Of a stretch of DNA of 64,000 bases, positions 1-10,933 are shown piece by piece (within the stretch, counting starts at the first letter, position 1; the number at the start of each line of letters is the position of its first letter). The notes beneath the pieces were generated by a model. That model worked only from the letters and a program-made list of their open reading frames with translations. It ran no database searches and was not told where the DNA came from. This DNA is from Nitrospinota bacterium. GTDB taxonomy: Bacteria; Nitrospinota_A; UBA7883; JACRGQ01. The stretch is taken from NCBI GenBank assembly GCA_016217735.1, contig JACRGQ010000059.1, forward strand, positions 5,208 through 69,207. Direction: 5' to 3'. The translations under genes and the position numbers were made by a program.

Positions 1-1121
1 CCGAGGAAGAAGCCAGCCCCTACAACGGCAAGCGGCTGGTTCAGCCGCACGGCAAGACGGCGGTGGTGGCGAATCCGCCGTCGATACCGATCACCACGGA
101 AGAGTTCGACGCTCTCTACGAACTGCCGTTCACGCGCGAACAGCACCCCTTGTACAAGGAACGGATACCGGCGGCGGAGATGATCCGGTTCTCCGTCATC
201 GCCACGCGCGGCTGTTTCGGCGGGTGTTCGTTCTGCGCCATCACGCTGCATCACGGCCGCATCGTTTCGTCGCGCACCGAAGAGAGCATCCTGAAAGAGC
301 TGGCCGCGATGACGAAACACCCCGCGTTCAAGGGGCAGGTCACCGACATCGGCGGGCCGACGGCGAACATGTGGCGGCTCAACTGCAAGAGCATCGAGAT
401 ACAGGGCGTCTGCCGCAAGCTGTCGTGCGTTTTCCCGAAAATCTGCGCGCACCTCGTCACTGATCACACGCCGCAGGTGAAGCTTCTGGAAAAAGCGCGC
501 ACACTGCCGGGAGTGAAAAAAATATCCATCGGCTCCGGCCTGCGGTACGACATCGCGCTGGCCGATAAAAAAGCCGGCCACAAATATCTGCGCGACCTCA
601 TCGCCCACCACGTCGGGGGGCAGCTCAAGGTAGCCCCGGAGCATCTCAACCCGGAGGTGCTGCATTTGATGAAAAAGCCGGGGATGGAGAGCTTTGACGA
701 ATTTGTCGAATTTTTCCAAAATTCAACGCATGAGGCGGGAAAAGAGCAGTACCTCGTGCCGTACTTCATCAGCGGTTTTCCCGGCTGCACGCACGAACAG
801 ATGGAGGAGGTCGGCGCCTACCTCCAGCGCCGCAACTGGCGCGTGCAGCAGGTGCAGGCGTTCATCCCCACCCCGATGACGCTGGCCACCGCCATGTATC
901 ACAGCGGCATCGATCCGGCCACCAAGCGGCCGCTATGGGTGGCGCGGGAGTGGAAAGACCGCAAGATTCAGCAGGCGCTCTTGCAGCCGAACAAGCTGGA
1001 GAACCAGGAGCTTTTGCGCAGAACCGGCTATTGGTACAAAATGCACGGCGGCGTTCACGCCCGCCCGAAGGATGGGCCGCGGCGGGGCGGCGCGAAGGGG
1101 AAAAAGCGTTTTTCCCGTTAA
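1..1121 (+). CDS. ygiQ: YgiQ-family radical SAM protein (UPF0313), C-terminal ~370 aa. The 5' end lies outside the window.
   Basis: Frame is open from position 3 with no upstream stop. CFGGCSFC matches the CxxxCxxC radical-SAM motif. The downstream conserved blocks are typical of YgiQ. Confidence 0.8.
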   Translation, partial: EEEASPYNGKRLVQPHGKTAVVANPPSIPITTEEFDALYELPFTREQHPLYKERIPAAEMIRFSVIATRGCFGGCSFCAITLHHGRIVSSRTEESILKELAAMTKHPAFKGQVTDIGGPTANMWRLNCKSIEIQGVCRKLSCVFPKICAHLVTDHTPQVKLLEKARTLPGVKKISIGSGLRYDIALADKKAGHKYLRDLIAHHVGGQLKVAPEHLNPEVLHLMKKPGMESFDEFVEFFQNSTHEAGKEQYLVPYFISGFPGCTHEQMEEVGAYLQRRNWRVQQVQAFIPTPMTLATAMYHSGIDPATKRPLWVAREWKDRKIQQALLQPNKLENQELLRRTGYWYKMHGGVHARPKDGPRRGGAKGKKRFSR

Positions 1122-1159
1122 CGGTTTATAATAAAAAGATCAGGAGGATTTTAAAATAT

Positions 1160-1507
1160 ATGTGGCGCACGGTTTTGTTTTTATCGCTCTCCAACGTTTT
1201 CATGACCATCGCGTGGTATGGGCACCTCAAAAACCTGAAGATGCAGCCGCTGTACGTCGCCATCCTGATCAGTTGGGCCATCGCATTCGTCGAATACTGC
1301 TTCCAGGTGCCGGCGAACCGGATCGGCTACGGTTACTTCACGCTGCCGCAACTCAAGGTGATGCAGGAGATCATCACGATGATAATTTTCGCCGGATTCG
1401 CGCTTCTGTACATGGGGGTGCCGATCACGCGGAATTTCGTCTGGGCGGGTTTTTGCCTGATCGGGGCGGCCTACTTCATTTTCAAGGACGGTATCCCCGC
1501 GCAATAA
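1160..1507 (+). CDS. small DMT-superfamily membrane protein (DUF486-like), 115 aa
   Basis: ATG at 1160 is preceded by an AGGAGG RBS at 1142-1147. Four hydrophobic segments are predicted. Similar to small EamA-like half-transporters. Confidence 0.6.
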   Translation: MWRTVLFLSLSNVFMTIAWYGHLKNLKMQPLYVAILISWAIAFVEYCFQVPANRIGYGYFTLPQLKVMQEIITMIIFAGFALLYMGVPITRNFVWAGFCLIGAAYFIFKDGIPAQ

Positions 1508-1526
1508 GGAATAAACGGCGCGGCGG

Positions 1527-1811
1527 CTATAAAAACTTTTCGAAACCATCGGCGTAGGCCGAGGGGTTGAAGGCGAAAACTTCAAAGGTGGCGGAACCGG
1601 CCGCCACATACGGCTCCTTCTCCATCACCTTCGTAATGTCCTCCCGCGTTTTCCGCCGGGCGATGATCACTTCGCCGGCGCGTTCGGGCAGCGGCCCGGA
1701 GCAGACGAAATCGCCGTTGCCCAAATGGCGGTTGAGAAACGCGCGGTGCGCGTCCAGCGAGACGCGGATTTCCGGCGCGTCCGGCGCGTAACGCAAAATA
1801 ATCACCTGCAT
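1527..1811 (-). CDS. YciI-like (YCII-related) small protein
   Basis: Motif MQVIILRYAPDAPEIR...HRAFL...GPL is typical of the YciI family. The internal ATG at 1811 has a G-rich RBS. Confidence 0.55.
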   Translation of the reverse strand: MQVIILRYAPDAPEIRVSLDAHRAFLNRHLGNGDFVCSGPLPERAGEVIIARRKTREDITKVMEKEPYVAAGSATFEVFAFNPSAYADGFEKFL

Positions 1812-1965
1812 CGTCCGTTTTTCCCTCCCCCCAATCATCTTCCCTTGCGTCCGTTTTGTAAATATCTTTTATCGCGCGCCGGCTCCGCCGATTGACTATT
1901 CCGGGGTTTCTGGTAAAAATGGAGCCAACTTCAATCCCGGTATCATTAGTTATGGAGTATCAAGC

Positions 1966-2769
1966 ATGGACAATATCCGGTTTCGCTGGGCAAGGTGTTT
2001 CGCCGTTTCGGTTTTCCTGTTCACCGCCGCCTGCGCCACCACGCAGCAGAAAGGCGTGCTGGTCGATGTAACCGTGACGCCGCAGGTGGACCTGAAGGCG
2101 CTGAGCGGGGACATCAACACGATCAACGTGCGCGAGATAACGGGGGATAAAAACTGCGCCGCGCCGCTCCAGACGAAAATCGGGTCGCTCATCGTCAACG
2201 CCGGCATTTTCAAAAAGGAGATCGCCGGGTTTGAAGAGGGGGGATCCGCCGCCGTCGACGTGACCGGCGCCGTGGACAAGTGCGCCGTTGGCATGGGCTC
2301 CGGCGCCCTGTCGGCGAACTTCTCGCTGCTCTATAACGGGCAGGTGTGGCGCACCTTCGTTGTGAACAAGGATACCAACCGTCCCGGCGCTTCGGAGGCG
2401 GAGGTGCGCGATGTGCTGGTGGACCGCGTCGCCCGTTCGTTCGTGTCGATGTTCATTCCCACCACCCGGCAGGAGGTGCGCGTTTTCAAGCCGGTCTCCC
2501 CGGACGATCAGGGGATTACCGCCGCCATGGGCAGCAACTGGGAGATGGCGGTGCAGATATGGACGAAGCGGATCAACCAGTTTCCCAAAGACCACAACGC
2601 CCTCTATAACCGGGGCGTCGCGTGGGAAGCCCGCGGCGACCTGCGGAAGGCGATCAAGGACTACAAACGCGCCGCCGAGAATGACAAGGATACGCTCTAC
2701 ATCGAAGCGCTGGCCCGCGCGGAAAACGCGCTCAAGGCGGCCGAGCAAAAAGAACGGATGAAGGAGTAG
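1966..2769 (+). CDS. lipoprotein with C-terminal TPR-like helical segment, hypothetical
   Basis: Signal peptide with lipobox (FTAAC). C-terminal LYNRGVAWEARGDLRKAIKDYKRAA is TPR-like. Confidence 0.6.
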   Translation: MDNIRFRWARCFAVSVFLFTAACATTQQKGVLVDVTVTPQVDLKALSGDINTINVREITGDKNCAAPLQTKIGSLIVNAGIFKKEIAGFEEGGSAAVDVTGAVDKCAVGMGSGALSANFSLLYNGQVWRTFVVNKDTNRPGASEAEVRDVLVDRVARSFVSMFIPTTRQEVRVFKPVSPDDQGITAAMGSNWEMAVQIWTKRINQFPKDHNALYNRGVAWEARGDLRKAIKDYKRAAENDKDTLYIEALARAENALKAAEQKERMKE

Positions 2770-2773
2770 GCCG

Positions 2774-3688
2774 ATGCCACGCCGAACGGCCGTTTTATTT
2801 TTCGCGGCGCTTGCCTCCTTGTGCGTAAGCGCGGGGAGCGCCCGCGCCGCCAATTGCAGCTATCTCCCCGAAAGCCCGATGCCCGCATGGGTGGAGAAGC
2901 GCCCCGAAATGCCCGGCTATTACGTGGGGGTGGGGGTGGCCGGTCCGATGCGCGAGCCGCAGGAACAGATCGACGCCTCGCAGGCCAACGCGCTGACAAA
3001 CCTCGGCAAGGAAATCACCGTGACGGTTAAAAGCACGTTCACCGATATCGCGCGGCAGGAGGGGCGCTGGAGCGACCAGGAAATCACCGCCGAGACCGAA
3101 ACGCGGGTGACCGCGCTGCTGCGCGGCGCGAAGACGAAAGAGAAATGGCTGGACCGGAAAAACTGCCAGCTTTGGACGCTGGTAACCGTTTCCCGCGAGG
3201 ATGTGGCGGCGGTGCAAAAGGAGATGGAAGAGCGTGCCCGGAAACAGTTCACCAGCAAGAGCCTGATGCTTTTCCCGCTGGCGCATCCGGACAAGCCTGA
3301 CGATCTGGAGCGGCGCGTTTCCGCCGCCATGGGAAAGGTGATGCGCGATATGGGGGTGGGGATGGTGACGCCCGAAATAAAATATCTCCCGTGCGCGCAG
3401 GGAACGTATTCGAAATTGTGCGACGGGAAGGCCGAGACCATCTACGGCGGCTTCACCCTGGAATTCGACAAAGAGAAACTTTCCGCCGACGGGCAGTACA
3501 AGGCGCGCTTTTATTTTTTCAAGGGGGCGCTCTACTTCAAGGACCGCACCGTGAGCGTCATCGACGTCAAGTGCCGCGGCGTGGGGGGGGCGGCGCAGGA
3601 TGCCGATGCCATCGGCCTGATCGCGGCGGATCAGTGCGTGGCCGACATCAGGAAAAAACTTGAACGGGACATGCAAGGCTCCGAGTAG
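2774..3688 (+). CDS. secreted LPP20-like lipoprotein-domain protein with C-terminal extension
   Basis: N-terminal signal peptide (AALASLCVSAGSARA). The YYVGVGVA...Q...A...A block resembles LPP20-family lipoproteins. Confidence 0.6.
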   Translation: MPRRTAVLFFAALASLCVSAGSARAANCSYLPESPMPAWVEKRPEMPGYYVGVGVAGPMREPQEQIDASQANALTNLGKEITVTVKSTFTDIARQEGRWSDQEITAETETRVTALLRGAKTKEKWLDRKNCQLWTLVTVSREDVAAVQKEMEERARKQFTSKSLMLFPLAHPDKPDDLERRVSAAMGKVMRDMGVGMVTPEIKYLPCAQGTYSKLCDGKAETIYGGFTLEFDKEKLSADGQYKARFYFFKGALYFKDRTVSVIDVKCRGVGGAAQDADAIGLIAADQCVADIRKKLERDMQGSE

Positions 3689-3713
3689 GGGCGGCGCGGA
3701 GAAGGGCGTGGGG

Positions 3714-4943
3714 TTGACAAAGCGGCGCGCCGCGCTTTTTGCCTTGCTGGCGGCGCTGCCGTTCATCGGCTCGTGCGCCACGGCGCTGGAAGCGTATCAG
3801 GCCACGCAGGAGCCGCCCAGCGTGGAAATGGTGGTCGACCGGGTGAATACCGCCGCGCGCGTGCTGGAGCTGGAAGACATCATGCTGCACGCCATGCCGT
3901 TCTCCGCCGGCTCCCGGTGGCCGCAGGACTGCGATAAAACGATTCCGGCGGGCGACATGGGAAAACTGGCCGCCATCGCCGCGCAGGACGCGATTTTCAG
4001 CCCCGGATCGGTTTTCAGGCCGTCGTTCATCCGCATCCGGACGCTCTATCTGCAAACAATCCTGTTCGACAGCGCTCCCAGCCTGCACTACCGGCGCCAA
4101 TATGTGGACATCCCGCCGGATAACGACGCCATCCGCGCGTACGGCCAAAGAACGCTGGGGGGGGACTACAACCCGGTTTTCAACAAGTCGTTTTACCGCT
4201 TCCTCCGCTATACGCCGGACTTCGTGCCGCAGCGGGCGCATTTCGAGGGGAAGTTCGAGAACGCGCCGGCGGAATACTTCGCGAATCTGGAAGACGCCGT
4301 CATTTCGCTGGCGGATAACCAGGAGCAGCTCCAAAAGATACGCGGCGACATGCTGGAAACGGAGGACGGAAAAAAGCGCGCCGTGCGCGACATGAACGAC
4401 GCCGCGATGCAGATAAAAAAACTCAAGGACGAAGATAAAAATAAGAACGCCGCCGAAATAGCCGATCTGGAAAACGAAATGGCGGCGCACCGGAAGGAAT
4501 ACGACAGTGCCGCGGCCCGCTATGAAGAATTGCTGGGCGCGTGGAAGCTGGAATTGGCGAAGGTGAAACGGCAGACCACCGCCTTCACGCCGGAGCAGCG
4601 GGAACTGGCGGTAAACGTGCAGGCCGCGGTGGGGCTTGTCAAGGGCCTGCACATCGACGCTTCCGCGCTTGTTTTCATCGCGATGGCGCGGCTTCCCGAT
4701 TCGCTCATGAACCTGCCGGACGAACTGAACCGCCTGATGCGCGCGCCGTTCGCCGGCGAACGGGTTGCGCGGCTGCTGCTGAACGTCATTTCGCTCAAGG
4801 ATAACGTGGTCATTATCAGGAACGAACTGGGGCAGCACTATGCCGAGGCGGACGCGATGGACGGCCTGTTTGACAGCCGCATCAAAACTGCAACCGTCAA
4901 GAAGCCCGAACAGCCGCCGGTCAGCCCGGAAGAGAAAATTTAA
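3714..4943 (+). CDS. lipoprotein, coiled-coil rich, hypothetical
   Basis: In-frame TTG at 3714 follows a GGAG. Signal peptide plus lipobox (PFIGSC). The central region is rich in K/E coiled coil. The longer ORF from 3660 overlaps the upstream gene. Confidence 0.5.
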   Translation: MTKRRAALFALLAALPFIGSCATALEAYQATQEPPSVEMVVDRVNTAARVLELEDIMLHAMPFSAGSRWPQDCDKTIPAGDMGKLAAIAAQDAIFSPGSVFRPSFIRIRTLYLQTILFDSAPSLHYRRQYVDIPPDNDAIRAYGQRTLGGDYNPVFNKSFYRFLRYTPDFVPQRAHFEGKFENAPAEYFANLEDAVISLADNQEQLQKIRGDMLETEDGKKRAVRDMNDAAMQIKKLKDEDKNKNAAEIADLENEMAAHRKEYDSAAARYEELLGAWKLELAKVKRQTTAFTPEQRELAVNVQAAVGLVKGLHIDASALVFIAMARLPDSLMNLPDELNRLMRAPFAGERVARLLLNVISLKDNVVIIRNELGQHYAEADAMDGLFDSRIKTATVKKPEQPPVSPEEKI

Positions 4944-5039
4944 AACCGCCCCGGTTTCGGGACGGGTGGTAGAATGATTGCGCCGGTTGAATCCCGGCAA
5001 AGCCATTGCGGACAACATACTTTTGGAGGAAATATACCG

Positions 5040-5612
5040 ATGAAATTTATGAAAGCGGTCACGGTAATGGGACTTGTGGCGCTCCTCGCGTCGTGCGCCA
5101 GCGCGCCGCCCCCGCCGCCAAAATCGTATTGCACCGATGGGCGCGAACTTCCCGCATGGACCATGCAGGGGGCGATGGCCTTTCCGGCCGATATCGGCAA
5201 GGTGTTCTACGGCGTCGGCATGGCGTCCAACATCAGCAACCCCTCGCTGTTGCGGGAAACGGCCGATAACCGCTCCATCAGCGAAATGGCCAAGCAGTTC
5301 GAGGTCTATACCGCCTCGCTGATGAACGATTACATGGCATCCACCTCCGCCGCCGACAAGGCTTCGGAAGAGCAGCATGTGGAAGTCGTCAAGAAGACGG
5401 TGGTGAAGCAGACGCTCAACGGCGTCATGATCGCGGACCGCTGCCAGGACCGCGCATCCGGCATGTTCTACTCCCTGTCCCGGCTGGATATGGACAAGTT
5501 CAAGGACGCCATCGCCAAGAAGGCGGAGCTGACCGACAAGATGAAGGAATACGTCCGGGCCAACGCCGACAAGATGCTTGAAAAGCTGGAGAAGGAAGAG
5601 GCCAAGCGCTAA
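5040..5612 (+). CDS. LPP20-family lipoprotein
   Basis: ATG at 5040 with a GGAGGA RBS. Lipobox (LLASCAS). FYGVGMA..NPSLLRETADNRS..EMAKQ is typical of LPP20. Confidence 0.7.
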   Translation: MKFMKAVTVMGLVALLASCASAPPPPPKSYCTDGRELPAWTMQGAMAFPADIGKVFYGVGMASNISNPSLLRETADNRSISEMAKQFEVYTASLMNDYMASTSAADKASEEQHVEVVKKTVVKQTLNGVMIADRCQDRASGMFYSLSRLDMDKFKDAIAKKAELTDKMKEYVRANADKMLEKLEKEEAKR

Positions 5613-5636
5613 TTCCGGCTGACGAAAGGAAAGATC

Positions 5637-5789
5637 ATGCGTAAACTGACTGTTTTCGCGGTGGCGGCGCTGTTGTTGGCCGCCGCCTGCGCCAAGCAAC
5701 CGCCCCCGGAAAAAGCGTGGGACAAGGAAGGGGTGCGCCAGCGCGCCGGCGAAACCGGCAAAAAGCTGGAGAAGGAAGAACAGCGCTGA
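5637..5789 (+). CDS. small lipoprotein, 50 aa
   Basis: ATG at 5637 follows AAGGAAAG. Lipobox (LLAAAC). A strong terminator follows. Below the ORF-track length cutoff. Confidence 0.45.
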   Translation: MRKLTVFAVAALLLAAACAKQPPPEKAWDKEGVRQRAGETGKKLEKEEQR

Positions 5790-5816
5790 ATGCCATACGG
5801 CGGAGCGCACGGATTT

Positions 5817-5845
5817 AAAAGGGGGCCGCGGCCCCCTTTTTTTAT
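5817..5845 (+). terminator. rho-independent terminator
   Basis: GGGGGCCGCGGCCCCC hairpin at 5821-5836 followed by T8. Confidence 0.65.
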
Positions 5846-5902
5846 GCGCGTTAATGCCCGCCACGGCCCCGTCCAGTAAAAAAAACAGGGAGCACGCCGG
5901 AG

Positions 5903-6397
5903 ATGTACGCGGGACACCTTACCGTCACTTACGCCGTTCGCGGCGCAACAATGGGAAAAGCGTCCGTGTTGCGCCCGCTCTATCCATTGCTGCTGGGGGC
6001 GATGCTGCCGGACCTCGTGGATAAGCCGCTCTATCTGCTGGCCGGGTGGCCGCCGCGCGGCATCGCCCATTCGGCGGCCGTCTTGGCTATCGGGTTTTAC
6101 CTTTTATTTCGGCTGATGCCGCGCCACCGCGCAACGTTGGCGGCAGTGGCCGCGGGCGCGGCGTTTCACCTGATCGAAGATTGGCCCTATCCGCACATCT
6201 TCGCGTGGCCGCTGTTGGGGGGATGGGAGTATTTTCCGCTGCAAGACATCGGCGAAAATATGCTCTCCTATTACCGGGGCGGGCCGCACCCGTACATGCT
6301 GGCGGCGGAGGCGGCGAGTTGGCCGTTCTGCCTTTATTATTGGATGAAGGGGCGGGCCTCGTTCAGCGCCACGCCCGCCGGAGCGCCGCTGCCGTGA
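5903..6397 (+). CDS. membrane-bound metal-dependent hydrolase (DUF457/YdjM-like)
   Basis: Hydrophobic segments with conserved His/Asp (GHL..., HLIEDWPYPH) as in the LexA-regulated YdjM family. Confidence 0.5.
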   Translation: MYAGHLTVTYAVRGATMGKASVLRPLYPLLLGAMLPDLVDKPLYLLAGWPPRGIAHSAAVLAIGFYLLFRLMPRHRATLAAVAAGAAFHLIEDWPYPHIFAWPLLGGWEYFPLQDIGENMLSYYRGGPHPYMLAAEAASWPFCLYYWMKGRASFSATPAGAPLP

Positions 6398-6407
6398 AAG
6401 GAAAGCG

Positions 6408-7328
6408 ATGAGCCTCTGCGCCATATCCACCTGCTGGCGGTCGGAAGAGCTGACCGACCCGCCCGCGTTGATCGCGGCAATGAAGGAAACCGGCATGAAC
6501 GCGCTGGAACTGGAGTTCCGCGTGGGCGCGCCGCTGTTTGAGGCGATTGAAAAAAACCGCGAGGCCTGGGGAATCCGCGTTTCGTCGTTGCACGCCGTTT
6601 GCCCCTCCGCGCCGGGCCGCGGCAAGGGGGCCGAGGAATTTTTGATCTCCGACCTCGATGATGAACAGCGGAAGAGGGGGGTGCGCGACGTTATCGAAAC
6701 GCTCCGCCGCGCGGCCGGTATCGGGGCGGGGGCGGTGGTGCTGCATTGCGGCGCCATTTCGGAAGAACTCAATGCGCACAAAACCATGATGCGCTTTTGC
6801 GATGAGGGAAAGCTGGACGGCCCGGAGGCCGAAGCGGCGCGGGAGGCGCTGCTGGTCAAGCGGGTGGCCGCCGCGCGGAGGCCGTTCGCCCAGACCTTAA
6901 AAAGCCTGGACGCGATAAACGGGGCGGCGGTAAAGGCGGGGGTCAAGGTGGGGCTGGAAAACCGGTATTACTTTGGCGAGTTCCCGCTCTTCGAGGAATT
7001 CGGCGTCATCTTCAATATGTTCGACGGCGGCAACCTGCATTACTGGCACGATACCGGCCACGCCCACACGCTTCAGACGCTCTTCGGCATCCCGCACCGC
7101 AAAATGCTGGAGACGTTCGGCAGCCGCCTCGTCGGCATGCACCTGCACGATGTGGTGAACGGCTACACCGACCATAACGAGCCGGGCTGCGGCGCGGTGG
7201 ATTGGGACATGGTGAAAGGGTTTTTAAAGCCGGATACCATCCGGGTGATGGAGATCAACCGCCGGATTCCGCTGGATCGCGCATTGCAGGGCGCGGCGTT
7301 CCTCCGCGCCAAAGGAATTTTTGACTAG
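6408..7328 (+). CDS. sugar phosphate isomerase/epimerase (xylose-isomerase-like TIM barrel)
   Basis: GLENRYYFGEF...HYWHDTGHAHT...GMHLHD metal-ligand pattern of the AP-endonuclease-2 / xylose isomerase-like fold. Confidence 0.7.
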   Translation: MSLCAISTCWRSEELTDPPALIAAMKETGMNALELEFRVGAPLFEAIEKNREAWGIRVSSLHAVCPSAPGRGKGAEEFLISDLDDEQRKRGVRDVIETLRRAAGIGAGAVVLHCGAISEELNAHKTMMRFCDEGKLDGPEAEAAREALLVKRVAAARRPFAQTLKSLDAINGAAVKAGVKVGLENRYYFGEFPLFEEFGVIFNMFDGGNLHYWHDTGHAHTLQTLFGIPHRKMLETFGSRLVGMHLHDVVNGYTDHNEPGCGAVDWDMVKGFLKPDTIRVMEINRRIPLDRALQGAAFLRAKGIFD

Positions 7329-7385
7329 GCTCCCCAACTTTTCCAATCGTCACCCTTCGTTGGAAAATTGGACGATCTGCCACTA

Positions 7386-7423
7386 GGCCGCGCCAGGTTA
7401 GTTTATCGACCAAAGGTAGACAC
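7386..7423 (+). repeat. degenerate 38-bp direct copy of the sppA 3' terminus (partner at 7613-7650)
   Basis: GGCCGCGCCAGGTTAGTTTATCGACCAAAGGTAGACAC versus GGCCGCGCCCGGTCAGTTCATCGACCAGAGGTAGTAGAC, about 32/38 identical. Confidence 0.55.
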
Positions 7424-7479
7424 AGGATTAATTGCTGGTTCGCATACGTTAAAAATGACGTACGTCAAGGATAAATACT

Positions 7480-7505
7480 GGATCCCCGCCTTCGCGGGGA
7501 TGACA
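7480..7505. repeat. solo REP-like hairpin GGATCCCCGC-cttc-GCGGGGATGACA (end motif of the MITE family)
   Basis: Perfect 10-bp stem. The same motif forms both termini of the element at 38720-38872. Confidence 0.55.
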
Positions 7506-7624
7506 TCTTTGCTTTGTACTTGATACGGGGCGGAAATAACAAATCATCAGGGACGAGTGTCGTGGAGAAAATTCCTGGATTTGCCTTTGACTGAATCGCG
7601 AATCACGCTCCAGGCCGCGCCCGG

Positions 7625-8554
7625 TCAGTTCATCGACCAGAGGTAGTAGACGCCGGGCTTGTGGACGGCGACTTCGTTCATCAGCCAGTCGAATTTGCCG
7701 GCGAGGGATGTTTTTTCGCTCATCAGCTCTTTCAGCCAGAGCATTTTTTCTTCGTGGCGCACCAGCGCCGGTTCGCCGCTGATGCCGGCGAGCTGCGCCG
7801 TCAGTTTCACCGCTTCTTCCATCCCGCCCAGCGCGTCGACCATGCCGTTGTTCTTCGCCTGGTTGCCGGTGTAGACGCGGCCGTCGGCCAGTTCCCGCAC
7901 CTTCGTTTCGGGCATATTGCGCCCTTTGGCCACGGCGGTGACGAACTGGCCGTACACGTCGTCGATCATTTCCTGCACCACCTTCTTTTCGCGCTCGGTC
8001 ATCGGGCGGAAGGCCGAGCCGGTATCCTTGAACTCGCCGCTTTTCACCACCATCGGCTGCACGCCGATTTTCCCCATCAGTTCCTGCACGTTCATCAGGT
8101 TCATGATGACGCCGATGGAGCCGGTGAGCGTGCCGGGGTTGCAGATGATCTTGTCGGCCGCCACGGCGATGTAGTAGCCGCCGGACGCGCCGAGGGTGGC
8201 CATGCTGGCGACGACTTTTTTCTTCCGCCGCGCGGCGAGGATGGCGTCGTGTATCTCCTGCGAGGGGGCGACCGCCCCGCCGGGGGAATCGATGCGGATG
8301 ATGATCGCCTTTATCGCCTTGTCGTTGGCGTAGTTCTTTATCTGTTTTACGGTCTCGTCGGCGGTCATGATGGTGCCGAAGACTTCGACCACGCCGATTT
8401 TATCTTTGCCGATGGACTTGATTGTTTCGCCGCTTGAGCCGCCGCCGAAAGGAAGGAACGAGATGAGGGCGATGAAGCCGACGGAAAGGGCGATTAAAAG
8501 AACAAACCCGGCCAGCAGCCCTTTTTTATGGGAGCTATTGGCCGGGTTTTCCAT
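7625..8554 (-). CDS. sppA: signal peptide peptidase SppA (36K type)
   Basis: N-terminal TM segment, then ClpP/crotonase-fold blocks IRIDSPGG, SMATLGASGGYYIA, GSIGV. Confidence 0.85.
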   Translation of the reverse strand: MENPANSSHKKGLLAGFVLLIALSVGFIALISFLPFGGGSSGETIKSIGKDKIGVVEVFGTIMTADETVKQIKNYANDKAIKAIIIRIDSPGGAVAPSQEIHDAILAARRKKKVVASMATLGASGGYYIAVAADKIICNPGTLTGSIGVIMNLMNVQELMGKIGVQPMVVKSGEFKDTGSAFRPMTEREKKVVQEMIDDVYGQFVTAVAKGRNMPETKVRELADGRVYTGNQAKNNGMVDALGGMEEAVKLTAQLAGISGEPALVRHEEKMLWLKELMSEKTSLAGKFDWLMNEVAVHKPGVYYLWSMN

Positions 8555-8566
8555 TGTGCGGACGGG

Positions 8567-10240
<1,674 letters not shown>

Positions 10241-10285
10241 TACGTTAAAACCTCCTGATTTACAAAATTTGCGGCGCCTGCCGCA

Positions 10286-10933
10286 TTAAGCGAGAAATTG
10301 TAAGATTTTTTCGATAGTCTCGTCAAGGCTTAAATGGGAGTTGTCTATTTCAACAGCCCCGCGCGGAACCACCAAAGGTGAAACCAGCCGGCTGGAATCC
10401 TTGGCGTCGCGTTCAACTATATGTTTTGCAATCTCTTGCGCCTTTTCCGCCGGTTCCCCCGTTTGCAAGGCGCGCCGCTTGCCACGTTCGGCGGGGTTGG
10501 CGCTAAGGAAAAATTTATGGTCGGCGTTCGGAAAAACGACGCTGCCGGCGTCGCGTCCTTCCACAATCACCGTCTTGTGTTTTTGCGCGATGCCGCGCTG
10601 TTGCGCCACCATTTTTTCCCGCACGCCGGGGTGCGCCGAAACGGCGGATATGCTGGCGTCGATCTCGGGGGTGCGGATGGCGGCGGTAACCTCGCGTCCG
10701 TTGACAAAAACTTTTTGGCCGCCTTCCGCTTCCTGAAAATCGATGGCGATAGCGCCGGCAATGGCGTCCAGTTTCGCGGCGTCGGCGGGGTTCGTCCCGC
10801 TTTCCAGCGCCAGCAGCGTCACGGAGCGGTACATCGCGCCGGTATCGAGATACACCCCCCCCAGTTTTTTGGCCAGTGCGCGGGCGGTGGTGCTCTTGCC
10901 GCTCCCCGCCGGCCCGTCAAGCGTGATAATCAT
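10286..10933 (-). CDS. cmk: cytidylate kinase
   Basis: IITLDGPAGSGKST P-loop and the CMP-kinase family pattern. Lies immediately upstream of rpsA, the classic arrangement. Confidence 0.9.
   Translation of the reverse strand: MIITLDGPAGSGKSTTARALAKKLGGVYLDTGAMYRSVTLLALESGTNPADAAKLDAIAGAIAIDFQEAEGGQKVFVNGREVTAAIRTPEIDASISAVSAHPGVREKMVAQQRGIAQKHKTVIVEGRDAGSVVFPNADHKFFLSANPAERGKRRALQTGEPAEKAQEIAKHIVERDAKDSSRLVSPLVVPRGAVEIDNSHLSLDETIEKILQFLA

Noticed and set aside
1960-2853. 297-aa minus-strand ORF opposite the first lipoprotein gene
   Set aside because: No homology. The plus-strand partner has a clear lipoprotein signal and TPR tail.
3648-5864. 738-aa minus-strand ORF spanning the lipoprotein cluster
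   Set aside because: Antisense to three plus-strand genes that have signal peptides, RBSs and a terminator. The product is Arg/Gly/Ala-rich low-complexity sequence typical of GC-rich antisense frames.
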